DNA of 64,000 bases from an uncultured delta proteobacterium. Its GTDB lineage: Bacteria; Desulfobacterota; Binatia; Binatales; Binataceae. Below are positions 1 through 9,962 of this stretch, piece after piece. Position numbers and translations under genes: made by a program. The stretch lies in NCBI GenBank assembly GCA_963808235.1, contig CAWEEQ010000004.1:3296001-3360000 (forward strand), in the 5' to 3' direction. The notes below the pieces were generated by a model, which worked only from the letters and a program-made list of their open reading frames with translations, was not told the DNA's origin and did no database searches. Every line of letters begins with the position of its first letter. The stretch's first letter is position 1.

Positions 1-1409
1 TTGCTCTGCACCCGGCTATGGAACCGGCCGTAACCGAAATAGATAAACATCCCGATCGCGAGCCATACGAAGAAGCGAATCCAGGTCACGAGCGGAAGAC
101 TCGCCATCAGGTAAAGACAGAAGACCACGCCAAGAATCGGCACCAGCGGCACGAACGGGGTGCGGAACGGGCGCCTCAGCTCCGGCTCGACGCGGCGCAA
201 AATCCACACTCCGGCGCATACCAGCACGAACGCGAACAGCGTCCCGATATTGGTCAGCTCCGCGATTTCCTGGATCGGCAGCAGCGCCGCCGTGATTCCA
301 ACCGCGAAGCCGGTCAGGGTGGTGGGAATGTACGGGGTGCGATATTTCGGATGAATCCGGCTGAACGCCGGCGGCAGCAATCCGTCGCGTGAGACCGCGA
401 AGAATACCCGCGACTGCCCGAGCATCAGCACCAGCAGCACCGAGGTCAGCCCCGCGACCGCGCCGAGCGAGATGAATCCCGACAGCGCATGCATCCCGCG
501 CAGCACGAATGCCGACGCGAGCGGCGCGTTCACGTCTATATCATGCGCCGGGACCATCCCGGTCAGCACGCCGGCGACCAGGATATATAGCAGCGTGCAT
601 ACGAACAGAGAGCCGAGGATACCGCGCGGCAGATCGCGATTAGGCTCGACTACTTCCTCCGCGGCGGTCGAAACCGCGTCGAATCCGATGTACGCGAAGA
701 AGATCACCGCCGCGCCCTTCATCACTCCGCTCCAGCCCATCGGCGCAAACGGACTCCAGTTCTGCGGTTCGACGAAAAACGCGCCGACCACGATCACCGC
801 GCCGATCACCGACAGCTTTATCCCAACGATGATCGAGTTGAGCCGTGCGCTCTCGGAAATCCCGATATACAGCACGTAGGTGATCAGAAGAACGATGAGC
901 AGCGCGGGTAGGTTGATGATCGCACCCGGCTTCGATCCGGGAGCATTCGTCAGCGCAACTGGCAGATGTATCCCGAGCCCGTGGAGGATGACGGTCAGGT
1001 AGCCGGACCATCCCACTGCGACCGCGGCTGCGCCGACCGCGTACTCGAGCACCAGGTCCCATCCGATGATCCAGCCGACCAGCTCACCCATCGTCGCGTA
1101 TGAATATGAGTACGCGCTGCCGGCCACGGGGATCATCGCGGCGAACTCCGCATAGCATAGCGCCGCCATCGCGCACGCGAATCCTGAAACGACGAATGAA
1201 AGCACGATCGCGGGGCCGGCATATCGCGCGGCGGCAACTCCGGTCAGCACGAATATTCCCGCGCCGACGATCGCGCCGATGCCGAGCAGAGTCAGGTCGA
1301 GGGCTCCTAGAGCGCGTTTGAGGCCTCCCGAGCGCGAGTCCGCGTCGGCCATCAATGCCGCAATCGGTTTGCGCCGGAAAATTTGTGCTCTGAGACCGGT
1401 GCCGTTCAT
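1..1409 (-). CDS. APC-family amino acid permease (3' end runs off the window)
   Basis: Manual translation from ATG at 1409: MNGTGLRAQIFRRKPIAALMADADSRSGGLKRALGALDLTLLGIGAIVGAGIFVLTGVAAARYAGPAIVLSF...LCYAEFAAMIPVAGSAYSY, the cationic amino acid transporter/YfnA signature. Not in the ORF track because it has no stop in the window. Confidence 0.9.
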   Translation of the reverse strand, partial: MNGTGLRAQIFRRKPIAALMADADSRSGGLKRALGALDLTLLGIGAIVGAGIFVLTGVAAARYAGPAIVLSFVVSGFACAMAALCYAEFAAMIPVAGSAYSYSYATMGELVGWIIGWDLVLEYAVGAAAVAVGWSGYLTVILHGLGIHLPVALTNAPGSKPGAIINLPALLIVLLITYVLYIGISESARLNSIIVGIKLSVIGAVIVVGAFFVEPQNWSPFAPMGWSGVMKGAAVIFFAYIGFDAVSTAAEEVVEPNRDLPRGILGSLFVCTLLYILVAGVLTGMVPAHDIDVNAPLASAFVLRGMHALSGFISLGAVAGLTSVLLVLMLGQSRVFFAVSRDGLLPPAFSRIHPKYRTPYIPTTLTGFAVGITAALLPIQEIAELTNIGTLFAFVLVCAGVWILRRVEPELRRPFRTPFVPLVPILGVVFCLYLMASLPLVTWIRFFVWLAIGMFIYFGYGRFHSRVQS

Positions 1410-1440
1410 CCCCACTCCCCCTATGCGGCGCGCGATGCGC

Positions 1441-2223
1441 TCACCACGCCTGGTATCCGCCGTCCACTGAGATTACTGATCCGGTAACGTAGCTTGAGGC
1501 GGGCCCCGCAAGGAAGATGACCGCGCCGCGAACTTCATCGGGCAGCCCCAACCGCTTCATCGGCGTGAACGCTTCCATCCGCGATTTGTTCGCCGGCTTC
1601 GCCATGCCCGCTTCAGTCGCCTCGGTGGGAATCCATCCCGGCGCGATCGCGTTGACGAGAATGTTGTAGCCCGCCCATTCCACCGCGAGTTGGCGGGTCA
1701 AGTTCGCCAGCGCCGCCTTGCTCGCCGCATACGCCGATAGCCGATACACCGAACTCGCCACCGACGCATATATCGAGACCATGTTGATGATTCTGCCGGG
1801 CTTGCCTGTCTCGATTAGACGGCGCGCGACCCGCTGCGAGAGCATCATGGGCGCGGTCAGATTCACCGCGATCGCTTCGTCCCACGCCTCGCGCTTGAAA
1901 TTCTCGGCGCGGCCGGTCGGGGAGACTCCCGCGTTGTTCACCAATATATCGATATCGCCGAGCGCCGCCGCCGACTCCGCCATCATGCGATCCAGATCGG
2001 CCTCGCGCGTTACGTCGGCGCCGATTCCAATCGCCTTGATACCGTGCGCCTTTGCGAGCTCCGCTGCGATCCGCTTGACGCGATCCTCGCGCCGCGCGAC
2101 TAGCGCAACGTCCGCACCCGCGAGCGCGAGCGCCTTCGCACACTCCACTCCCAGGCCCGACGACGCGCCGGTGACCAGCCCGCGATGCCCTCGCAGCGAG
2201 AAAAGCGATTCGAGCGAATCCAT
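1441..2223 (-). CDS. Short-chain dehydrogenase/reductase (gluconate 5-dehydrogenase/KduD-like)
   Basis: TGASSGLG, NNAG and YAASK motifs. Confidence 0.88.
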   Translation of the reverse strand: MDSLESLFSLRGHRGLVTGASSGLGVECAKALALAGADVALVARREDRVKRIAAELAKAHGIKAIGIGADVTREADLDRMMAESAAALGDIDILVNNAGVSPTGRAENFKREAWDEAIAVNLTAPMMLSQRVARRLIETGKPGRIINMVSIYASVASSVYRLSAYAASKAALANLTRQLAVEWAGYNILVNAIAPGWIPTEATEAGMAKPANKSRMEAFTPMKRLGLPDEVRGAVIFLAGPASSYVTGSVISVDGGYQAW

Positions 2224-2256
2224 TTCGTGAATCCTTGTGCGCGCGAACGAGGCTCG

Positions 2257-3303
2257 TCAGTCGCCGAATACTTCGCCCGCCGCCTGCGCCGCTGCGGCCA
2301 CCGCGCGATCGATATCGGCGCGCGTGACTCCATGATGCGTCACGGCGCGAAACGAGGTCGCCTCGCGCATCGAGATCAGAACGTCGCGCTCTTTCATTGC
2401 CGCCGCGAAGCGCCGCGCCGCCTCGGCGTCGCCGTCAACATCGAACACCACCATGTTGGTGCGATTCGTCACCGGACGGACATTGAGGCCCGCAACCAGC
2501 GCGAAGCCCTGCGCGAGTGCGCGCGCATTTTGATGATCGTCTGCGAGCCGATCGACCATTGTCGTCAGCGCGACGATTCCCGCCGCCGCGATAATTCCCG
2601 CCTGGCGCATCCCGCCGCCGAGCACCTTGCGGGTCCGATGCGCCCGCGCGACAAATTCCTTGCTCCCGCACAAAAGCGAGCCGACTGGACACGAGAGCCC
2701 CTTGGATAGACAGAACGAAACCGTGTCGGCATAGCTCGCGATATCTTTCGCGGTAGTCTCGAGCGCAACTGCCGCGTTGAAAATTCGCGCGCCGTCCAGA
2801 TGCGTCGGCAGCCCGCGGCGATGCGCCGCCTCGGAAACTTCCGCCATGTGCGACAGCTTGATCGGCGCGCCGCCGCATCGGTTGTGCGTATTCTCGATCA
2901 CCACCAGCGCCGGCTGCGCAAAATGCGCGTCTCCCGAGGTTCCAAGCTCGCGTCTAAGTCCGTCGAGATCCAACTCGCCCGCTTCGGTGTTCGCGACGGG
3001 AGTGAGCACGATGCCTCCCAGAGCCGACGCGCCGCCCGCCTCGTAAAGATTGGTATGCGACTCCGCGCCGACGATCGCCTTGGTACCGCGCGCGCAATGG
3101 GTCAGCATCGCGGCCAGGTTGCCCATCGTCCCGCTCGGCACCAGCAGCGCGTCTTCCTTGCCGGTCATCGAGGCCGCCATCGCTTCGAGCCGGTTCACGC
3201 AGGGGTCCTCGCCGTAGACATCGTCGCCCAGCTCGGCGCGAACGATCGCCTCGCGCATCTCGGGCGTCGGTAGGGTGACAGTATCGCTGCGCAGATCGAT
3301 CAA
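2257..3303 (-). CDS. ltaE: Low-specificity L-threonine aldolase (PLP-dependent)
   Basis: IDLRSDTVT, GDDVYGED, PSGTMGN, HLDGARIFNA, CLSKGL, LGGGMRQAG. Start placed at TTG 3303. Confidence 0.9.
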   Translation of the reverse strand: MIDLRSDTVTLPTPEMREAIVRAELGDDVYGEDPCVNRLEAMAASMTGKEDALLVPSGTMGNLAAMLTHCARGTKAIVGAESHTNLYEAGGASALGGIVLTPVANTEAGELDLDGLRRELGTSGDAHFAQPALVVIENTHNRCGGAPIKLSHMAEVSEAAHRRGLPTHLDGARIFNAAVALETTAKDIASYADTVSFCLSKGLSCPVGSLLCGSKEFVARAHRTRKVLGGGMRQAGIIAAAGIVALTTMVDRLADDHQNARALAQGFALVAGLNVRPVTNRTNMVVFDVDGDAEAARRFAAAMKERDVLISMREATSFRAVTHHGVTRADIDRAVAAAAQAAGEVFGD

Positions 3304-3329
3304 AACGCGACGCTCATCGCGGGCCTGAG

Positions 3330-4385
3330 TTACTGCCCCGCAGGATACAGGGTGGTGACGTTGCCGCTGCTCGTATCGACGACCTCGACCGCGTTTTCGG
3401 TGGTGTCGGAGAAGTAGAGCTGCTTGCCATCGCTGCTGAGCGCGCATCCGGAACCGATATGGCCGTTGACCAGCGTCAACTTGGTTACAGTGTTGGCACT
3501 GAGGTCGATCTTGCGGACTGAATGGTTGTCGGCGTCGAGCACGTAGAGCGCGGTTCCGTCCGTGCAGATCGCGCCCGGATTGTCGAACTGAGCTTGCAGC
3601 GCGGGACCGTCCTTGTCCCCTTCTTCGCCGGTACCGGCAATCGTGGTGGTCTCCATCGAAGAAAGATCGATCTTGCGAATCACGTCGTTGCCGGTGTCCG
3701 CGACGTAAATCGCCTTCTTGTCGACGGCGACTCCGCGCGGACCACTGAACTGCGATTTGCTCGCGGCGCCATCGGTCTTGCCCGACGTTCCCGGCTGCCC
3801 GGCAATCGTCTTGACGGTCATGTCGGCAAGCGTGATGCGCCGGATTGCGCTGTTGCCGCTGTCCGCGATGTACAGCGCTTGTCCGTCGGTCGCGATCTGC
3901 GTCGGGAGATTAAAGTGCGCCGCGGTTCCATGGCCGTCTTCGGTGCCGGCGATATTTGCCGTACCCGCAATCGTCGTGACAGTCCGGCTCGGGATGTTCA
4001 CCTTGCGGATGTCGGAATTATTGGTATCGCACAGGTAGAGATCCTGTCCGACGATCGTCATCCCGTCGGGACTGTTGAAGCGCGCCGCGTCGCCGATTCC
4101 GTCGTTGCTGCCTTGCTGAAATGTTGTCCCCGCTACGATCGTCAGCGATTTCGACGTAAGATCGATCGCCGTGATCGTATTGTTGCGGCTGCTCGAAACA
4201 TAAGCCGCGCGCCCATCGGTCGCGAGCCCGGCGGGAAAATCGAGGCGCGGTCCGGTCTGAGATTGCATCCCGCTTATCGGCGATTGCGCCTTCGCGGGTC
4301 CGCCCGCGGCAAGTATCGCGAGCATCGCGCCTGAAGCCAGAATCCATTTCAATGAAGATGCCGACGGTGTCATCTGCGACCTCAC
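3330..4385 (-). CDS. Secreted NHL-repeat beta-propeller protein
   Basis: Signal peptide (LAILAAGGPAKA) followed by repeated F-x-x-P-x-G...YVADTGNxxIRKI units. Confidence 0.82.
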   Translation of the reverse strand: MRSQMTPSASSLKWILASGAMLAILAAGGPAKAQSPISGMQSQTGPRLDFPAGLATDGRAAYVSSSRNNTITAIDLTSKSLTIVAGTTFQQGSNDGIGDAARFNSPDGMTIVGQDLYLCDTNNSDIRKVNIPSRTVTTIAGTANIAGTEDGHGTAAHFNLPTQIATDGQALYIADSGNSAIRRITLADMTVKTIAGQPGTSGKTDGAASKSQFSGPRGVAVDKKAIYVADTGNDVIRKIDLSSMETTTIAGTGEEGDKDGPALQAQFDNPGAICTDGTALYVLDADNHSVRKIDLSANTVTKLTLVNGHIGSGCALSSDGKQLYFSDTTENAVEVVDTSSGNVTTLYPAGQ

Positions 4386-4426
4386 TCAGGTTTGTTGCCG
4401 GTTGCCACGCGCGCTCTGTCCGCAAC

Positions 4427-5293
4427 TTATGGAAAGATCGCTTTCACTACTTCGTCGATTGCCCGCTTGCTGTCCGCTTCGTCCGTCAGCGACCACGTGA
4501 CCGCGACCGTCGCCGCGCGCCGCGGCGCGATTCCCTGCCGGATCAGTTCGCCGGCATAGATCAGCAACCGCGTCGAGACGCCTTCTTCCAGTCCCGACGC
4601 CTTCAGATGCCGCACCTTCTCGCCCAGCACCGCGAGTTGCATCGCGATATCTTGCTCGACTCCGGCTTCGTGCGCGATGATCTCGACTTCCTTGTCAGCC
4701 GGCGGATAGGTGAATTCGATCGTCACGAAACGCTGACGGGTCGAATGCTTCAGGTTTTTCTGGATGCTCTGGTAGCCCGGGTTGTACGAGATTACGAGCA
4801 GGAAACCGTCGTGCGCCTCGATCGTCTCACCGCGCTTTTCAATCGGCAGAATTCGCCGATGATCCGACAACGGATGTATCAGGACGGTGGTGTCCTTGCG
4901 CGCTTCCACCACTTCGTCGAGATAGCAAATCGCGCCGCGCCGCACCGCCTGGGTCAGCGGCCCGTCGACCCACACCGTTTCGTCGGCCTGGATCAGAAAG
5001 CGTCCCACCAGGTCGCTGCCGGTCAGGTCCTCGTGGCACGCGACCGTGATCAGCTCGTTGGGCCCGTCGGGCAGCGAAGCCAGTTGATGCGCCATGTGCT
5101 CGACGAAACGCGTTTTGCCGCATCCCGTGGGTCCCTTGAGGAGCACCGGCAGGCGCGCCTTGTACGCGGCGGTAAAGATTTCCACCTCGTCGCCGATCGG
5201 CAGATAAAAAGGCGCCGCCGCTGGATCGAGGTGGCGTACCTCCGGTCCCTCGGCCTGCAGCCGGGTGTCGAACTTTTTTAACTCAATCCCCAT
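4427..5293 (-). CDS. CbbQ/NirQ/NorQ-family MoxR AAA+ ATPase
   Basis: [18 protein letters not shown] (Walker A), [19 protein letters not shown] (Walker B), [18 protein letters not shown]. Confidence 0.92.
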   Translation of the reverse strand: MGIELKKFDTRLQAEGPEVRHLDPAAAPFYLPIGDEVEIFTAAYKARLPVLLKGPTGCGKTRFVEHMAHQLASLPDGPNELITVACHEDLTGSDLVGRFLIQADETVWVDGPLTQAVRRGAICYLDEVVEARKDTTVLIHPLSDHRRILPIEKRGETIEAHDGFLLVISYNPGYQSIQKNLKHSTRQRFVTIEFTYPPADKEVEIIAHEAGVEQDIAMQLAVLGEKVRHLKASGLEEGVSTRLLIYAGELIRQGIAPRRAATVAVTWSLTDEADSKRAIDEVVKAIFP

Positions 5294-5416
5294 CGGTTCC
5301 TTCTGGCGGACGGATTGCAAACGTCTAGGGCGCGATTCTAAGAGACTTCCGCGCAAGCATTCAAGGCAAGCAGGGGGCCAACCCCGCGCCCAATGCGGAG
5401 CCCAATGCGGGATTCC

Positions 5417-6853
5417 TCACGCGCGACGTGGCTGATAGGTCGCGGTGCCGTCGCGGCTATCCTTGACCTCGTACCCGCGAGCCTCCAATTCCTTGCGCAG
5501 TTGATCGGCGAGGTTGAAGTCCTTGGCCTTTCGCGCCGCCGCACGATTATCGATCAGTTGCTGCACGTCCGCGGGAAGTTCGGCCGCGAGCGCGGATTCC
5601 CGATGCTTTTCCAGATCGAGTCCCAGCACTGCGTCGAGCGCCCGCAGCGTCGGCCACGCGGCGAAGTCCTTGCGCCGGTATGCCTCCGCGATCAGTTCCC
5701 GAGCCACCGCGAGAGCTTGCGGCGTATTCAGATCGTTGTTGATCGCGTCATGAAAGCGCTCGTAATATTCCGCCGCCCAGCCCGGACTCTCGATCCCTTC
5801 GGCCGCAGATTCCGGGGGAACGTTGCGCGCGAACTCCCAAAAATAATCCAGGTTGCTCTGCGCCGCGCGGATCGCCTCATCGCTAAAGACGATCTCCGAG
5901 CGATACTTTGCGCCGAGGCAGAAAAGCCGGAACGCTAGCGGATCGATTCCCGCCTCCGTGAGATCGGCCAGCAGCGGGAACTTGCCCGCGCTCTTGCTGA
6001 TCTTGGTGCCCTCCTTGCCGACCAGGAACGCGTTATGCACGAAGTAGCGCACGAACGGCTTATGCGTCGCGCTCTCCGACTGCGCGATTTCGTTCTCATG
6101 ATGCACCGGGATGTGATCGATTCCTCCGGTATGAATGTCGATCGTCTCGCCAAGGTACTTCATAGACATCGCGGAGCACTCGATATTCCAGCCAGGATAG
6201 CCGCGTCCCCACGGACTCTCCCATTGCATCAGGTGCTCCGGCTGGTTCAGCACCCACAGCACAAAATCATGCGGACTCCGCTTATCCGCGGAATGCTCGA
6301 GCCGCTGACCTGCATCCTGTTCATCGAGGCTCTGGCGCGAGAGCCGCCCGACGCGATTCTCACCGCGATATCTTTCAAGATCGAAATAAACGCCGCTTTT
6401 GGTTACGTACGCGAATCCAGCCTCGAGGATCCTCGCGATAAGCGCGATCATGTCGGCAATATGATCGGTCGCGCGGCACAGGTACGGTGCCGGTGGCAGT
6501 ACGATGTTCAATCGGGCGCAATCGCGCTCGAACAGTTCCAGGTATTGATTTGCGATCTCGAGTGGAGATTTCCCCTCCGCGCGTGCGGTTTTCTCAATCT
6601 TGTCCTCGCCTTCATCAACGTCGCCGGTCATGTGTCCGACGTCGGTGACGTTCATCACGTGACGTACGTGATAGCCGTTGAACGCGAGTGCGCGTCTGAA
6701 GCTGTCGACGAAAACATAGGCGCGCATGTTGCCGAGATGCTGCGGTAGGTACACCGTCGGGCCGCACGAGTAGAGCGTCACGTTGGGCGGAGCGAGCGCC
6801 TGGAATTCCTCGACCGCGCGGTCGAGCGTATTGAAGATGTGAAATGGCTTCAC
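5417..6853 (-). CDS. cysS: Cysteine--tRNA ligase
   Basis: CGPTVY, HLGN (HIGH), NVTDVGH, IECSAM, HHENE, KISKS, DDLNTP-like motif. GTG start at 6853. Confidence 0.95.
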   Translation of the reverse strand: MKPFHIFNTLDRAVEEFQALAPPNVTLYSCGPTVYLPQHLGNMRAYVFVDSFRRALAFNGYHVRHVMNVTDVGHMTGDVDEGEDKIEKTARAEGKSPLEIANQYLELFERDCARLNIVLPPAPYLCRATDHIADMIALIARILEAGFAYVTKSGVYFDLERYRGENRVGRLSRQSLDEQDAGQRLEHSADKRSPHDFVLWVLNQPEHLMQWESPWGRGYPGWNIECSAMSMKYLGETIDIHTGGIDHIPVHHENEIAQSESATHKPFVRYFVHNAFLVGKEGTKISKSAGKFPLLADLTEAGIDPLAFRLFCLGAKYRSEIVFSDEAIRAAQSNLDYFWEFARNVPPESAAEGIESPGWAAEYYERFHDAINNDLNTPQALAVARELIAEAYRRKDFAAWPTLRALDAVLGLDLEKHRESALAAELPADVQQLIDNRAAARKAKDFNLADQLRKELEARGYEVKDSRDGTATYQPRRA

Positions 6854-6867
6854 TGCGAGACGCCGCG

Positions 6868-7296
6868 CTAGTGCGCTCCGGCCACCGGCGTCTTCAACCT
6901 TCCCTGCGCGTCGCGCGCGTAGCGCGAGGCCGCGATTCGCTTGTACTGCCGATCCGCCAGCCACGCGTACGGCGGGATGTACCACAAGTACGCGAGATAG
7001 CCTTTGAGCCCGCGCTGCCGGCGCAGAATTTCGTTAATCGCGCGAGCGCCGCGGTAAACGCGCCCACTGTCGTCCACCGCGTGCAACTCTTCGAGCAAAT
7101 TTTCGAGCTTCAAATCGGGAAACTTCGCGCGCACCTCTTCGTCATTCAGATCAAACGGCTCGATCAACCCCGAGTTGTCGAACTGGTTGATTCCATCGAC
7201 GCTGGCGCGGCACAGCTCGCACGACCCGTCGAACAGAATCGCAAGCTTGCCCTCCGACGCTCTACCGCCGCTCGCCGATTCGTCGCGTGCGCTCAT
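6868..7296 (-). CDS. DUF393/DCC-family thiol-disulfide oxidoreductase-like protein
   Basis: FDGSCELC (DxxCxxC) and C-terminal Y-x-x-I-A-x-x-R-Y. Confidence 0.85.
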   Translation of the reverse strand: MSARDESASGGRASEGKLAILFDGSCELCRASVDGINQFDNSGLIEPFDLNDEEVRAKFPDLKLENLLEELHAVDDSGRVYRGARAINEILRRQRGLKGYLAYLWYIPPYAWLADRQYKRIAASRYARDAQGRLKTPVAGAH

Positions 7297-7310
7297 ACTC
7301 CGGCGGCCCT

Positions 7311-7826
7311 CTAGCGCCGCGACAACCTCGGGTTCGCATTCATCCGGCGCAGCCGTGTGTTCTCATTTATGATTCGCCATTCGTAACCGTCGATCAGCGA
7401 CATCCACGCAGCCTCGACCGTGTTGGTCGACTTGGCCATCGTCGTCCACACCATCTGCCCATCGGCAAATTTCTTCACCGATACGACGTCCGCCTCGGTC
7501 GAAGCGCCGGTCGCATGCTGGTAGGTTTCGATCACGCGCACCGGCTCCAGGTATGGAAAATATTTGAGCAGCGCTTTGCGCAGCGCCACGTCGAGCGCAT
7601 GCAACACGCCGACGCCAGACGCCGCTTCGGTCTCCTCGACCGTACCGATCCGAATAATGATTGTCGCATCGACGGTCATCTTGCCGTCGTAGACATCGTC
7701 GATCACGCGCCGCCGCACGATCTCGAACGGTGCCACGTAGTCGTTCAAGGCGCGCAGCTTCGCCAGTTCGCGCGACGCCTGCGGCGGTTCCGCTTCGTAG
7801 AAATCTGCCTGCCGTTCAGTACTCAT
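7311..7826 (-). CDS. Stand-alone LeuA/CimA allosteric (regulatory) domain protein
   Basis: ATIIIRIG...AASGVGVLHALDVALRKALLKYFPYL...WTTMAKSTNTVEAAWMSLIDGYEW resembles the citramalate/isopropylmalate synthase C-terminal domain; no catalytic barrel. Confidence 0.7.
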   Translation of the reverse strand: MSTERQADFYEAEPPQASRELAKLRALNDYVAPFEIVRRRVIDDVYDGKMTVDATIIIRIGTVEETEAASGVGVLHALDVALRKALLKYFPYLEPVRVIETYQHATGASTEADVVSVKKFADGQMVWTTMAKSTNTVEAAWMSLIDGYEWRIINENTRLRRMNANPRLSRR

Positions 7827-7927
7827 CGGGAATACCCGCAAGGTGACCGCGATATATCTATCGATCGATTATCGTAAGGGCGCGAGCGGCTTTCAAGCGC
7901 GAGCGGAGTTGCCATAATGGTTGACTT

Positions 7928-9952
7928 GTGACGCGAATAACCGAATCTCCGCGATTCCAACCTTCCGCCGTGCACGTGCGCCTGTTGATAGTCGTCGCGG
8001 CCGCAAGCGCAATACTTTTTGCCACGCCGCGTCGCGCGCTCGCCGCTCGGGTCAGGATTCCTCTTACTATCGATTACATCACGCTGCGCGAGGCCCTGAA
8101 ACGCAAGCTCTACACCGCGCCCGGCGGTCGCGCGCCGCTGTGGAACGGCGGCGACGATTGCCAGTTTCTATATGCCGAGAATCCCCAGTTCTCGCGCGCG
8201 GATGCGAGTTCCAACGTGAAACTTGAGACCGCCACCAGCCTCGGTCTCGGGCTGGCGGTCGGCAGCCAATGTCTGAACGGGGTCAATTGGAGCGGCATCG
8301 TTGAAGCACTTGGCACGCCATACATCGCGCCCGGACTTCAACTCAAATTTCATTTCAGCGATCTCAATCTCTACGACTCGCAGCATCAAAAGACGACGCT
8401 GATGTCGCAGGGCTTCGACCTGATTAAGAATGACCTCCTCCCCCAGCTCGACGCGTTTTCATACGATCTGAATCCGAGCGTCCGCCAACTTTCCTCGCTG
8501 ATCGGCGATTCCTCGACGCCCGAGGTCGCCGATCGCATTCGCGCCGCGATCGCGACGCTCACCGCCGAGCCGGGTATCGCCGCGCTCGACGACGGGATCC
8601 GGGTGATTGTCGTGATGACCGTGCCGGACACGGCCATTCCCGGCGCCGACCGTTCCGATGCGACCCCCTCGCCCGCCGAGCTCAAAGCGTTCCAGACCAC
8701 GCTCGATCAATGGGATGCGTTCCTGGTTTTTGCGGTCAAGCAACTCGGCGACTCGGTCGGCGACAAGCAGTTCCGCGACAAGTTGCTGAAAATTCTGCTC
8801 GACAGCAGGTATCGGCTGGTCCAGGCGCTTCAGCATCCGCCGGAAAACGCGGGACCTGATCCGGTGCGGATTATTTTCCTCGACGAATGGCGTCAGCTTC
8901 ACGACGCAGTCCGCTCCGCCGCGGCGCGCGGGATGCTCGGCGCCCGCGCGCTCGAATTCCTGTCGTTCATCTCGGCGGGCGACGCGTTGTTTGCGCTCGA
9001 TCAGGCGGCACCCGCACTTGGGATGCGAATTTCGGCGCAGGATCTCCGCCGCCTCGCGCATATCATGGCGCCCAACGCGGCCGGCGACCCGCTCCGATTC
9101 GACTATCATGAGGATCGCGATCTGAAGAAGCTGTTCGCGATGCCCCCGCCGCCCGAGAGTCGCGGCCCCCTCGACACTTCCGAAGACGCGCCGCCCGCTT
9201 CGCTGAGGCCGCCGGCGCCTGCGCTCACAGCACCATCGCACTCGACGCCCGGGCCGAGCTCGTTGCTCCACAAAGACTGGCTCGCGATCTTATCACCGAG
9301 CGATGCGGCCGCCGCCGAATCGGTAATCGTCCCGCGTCTTCAGGACGTCGCTGCCCGGCTCTTTCGGGTCGTCTTGACCGAAGAGAATGCCGCCCCGTAT
9401 CGCCAGGACATGGCAGTGCTGCTCGATCTCAGCGCCGAGTACGCGCTTGGCAGCGGCGAAGTCGACGGGGCCAACGGCAAAATGTATGTGGTTCTGATCA
9501 AAAGCACCGCGTGGCAGGAAAGCTGCTGGCGGCAATTCATAAAGGTCGGCGCGCGGGTGCGATGGCTGGAATCGCCGACCGGCGACATCGGCCTGATGCA
9601 GGTGAACAAACACATCTGGCGCGGCTTTTTCAGTCTCGAGCGGCTCGAATGGGACGTGCTCTACAACGCCGGCGCCGGCGCCGAGGTTCTCGCCGAGATG
9701 ATGCACTTCACGATCTCGCAGCCCCGGCAGGATCCCGTGCCGGTCGCCGAAAATCTGGCCCGCTCGACCTATGCCGCGTACAACGGCGGTCCGGCCGAGT
9801 ACAATCGATGGCGTCGGCGCGAGCCCCCGGCGCTTCGATTGATCGACAACCAGTTCCTCGAAAAGTACCAGACGCTCGCGAGCGGCGCGCCGATCGACAT
9901 CCTGTACTGCGCCCGCGAATCGATCCGCCGCCGCGACATTCGCTCGCACTAG
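7928..9952 (+). CDS. Exported protein with C-terminal lytic transglycosylase (SLT) domain
   Basis: Signal-like N-terminus; AWQES (catalytic Glu), GLMQVN and AAYNGGP motifs; Pro-rich linker. Confidence 0.78.
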   Translation: MTRITESPRFQPSAVHVRLLIVVAAASAILFATPRRALAARVRIPLTIDYITLREALKRKLYTAPGGRAPLWNGGDDCQFLYAENPQFSRADASSNVKLETATSLGLGLAVGSQCLNGVNWSGIVEALGTPYIAPGLQLKFHFSDLNLYDSQHQKTTLMSQGFDLIKNDLLPQLDAFSYDLNPSVRQLSSLIGDSSTPEVADRIRAAIATLTAEPGIAALDDGIRVIVVMTVPDTAIPGADRSDATPSPAELKAFQTTLDQWDAFLVFAVKQLGDSVGDKQFRDKLLKILLDSRYRLVQALQHPPENAGPDPVRIIFLDEWRQLHDAVRSAAARGMLGARALEFLSFISAGDALFALDQAAPALGMRISAQDLRRLAHIMAPNAAGDPLRFDYHEDRDLKKLFAMPPPPESRGPLDTSEDAPPASLRPPAPALTAPSHSTPGPSSLLHKDWLAILSPSDAAAAESVIVPRLQDVAARLFRVVLTEENAAPYRQDMAVLLDLSAEYALGSGEVDGANGKMYVVLIKSTAWQESCWRQFIKVGARVRWLESPTGDIGLMQVNKHIWRGFFSLERLEWDVLYNAGAGAEVLAEMMHFTISQPRQDPVPVAENLARSTYAAYNGGPAEYNRWRRREPPALRLIDNQFLEKYQTLASGAPIDILYCARESIRRRDIRSH

Positions 9953-9962
9953 CGCTGGGCGA

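Noticed and set aside
5388-5410. GCCCAATGCGG tandem duplication between cysS and the CbbQ gene
   Set aside because: Only two 11-bp copies, with no other support for function.
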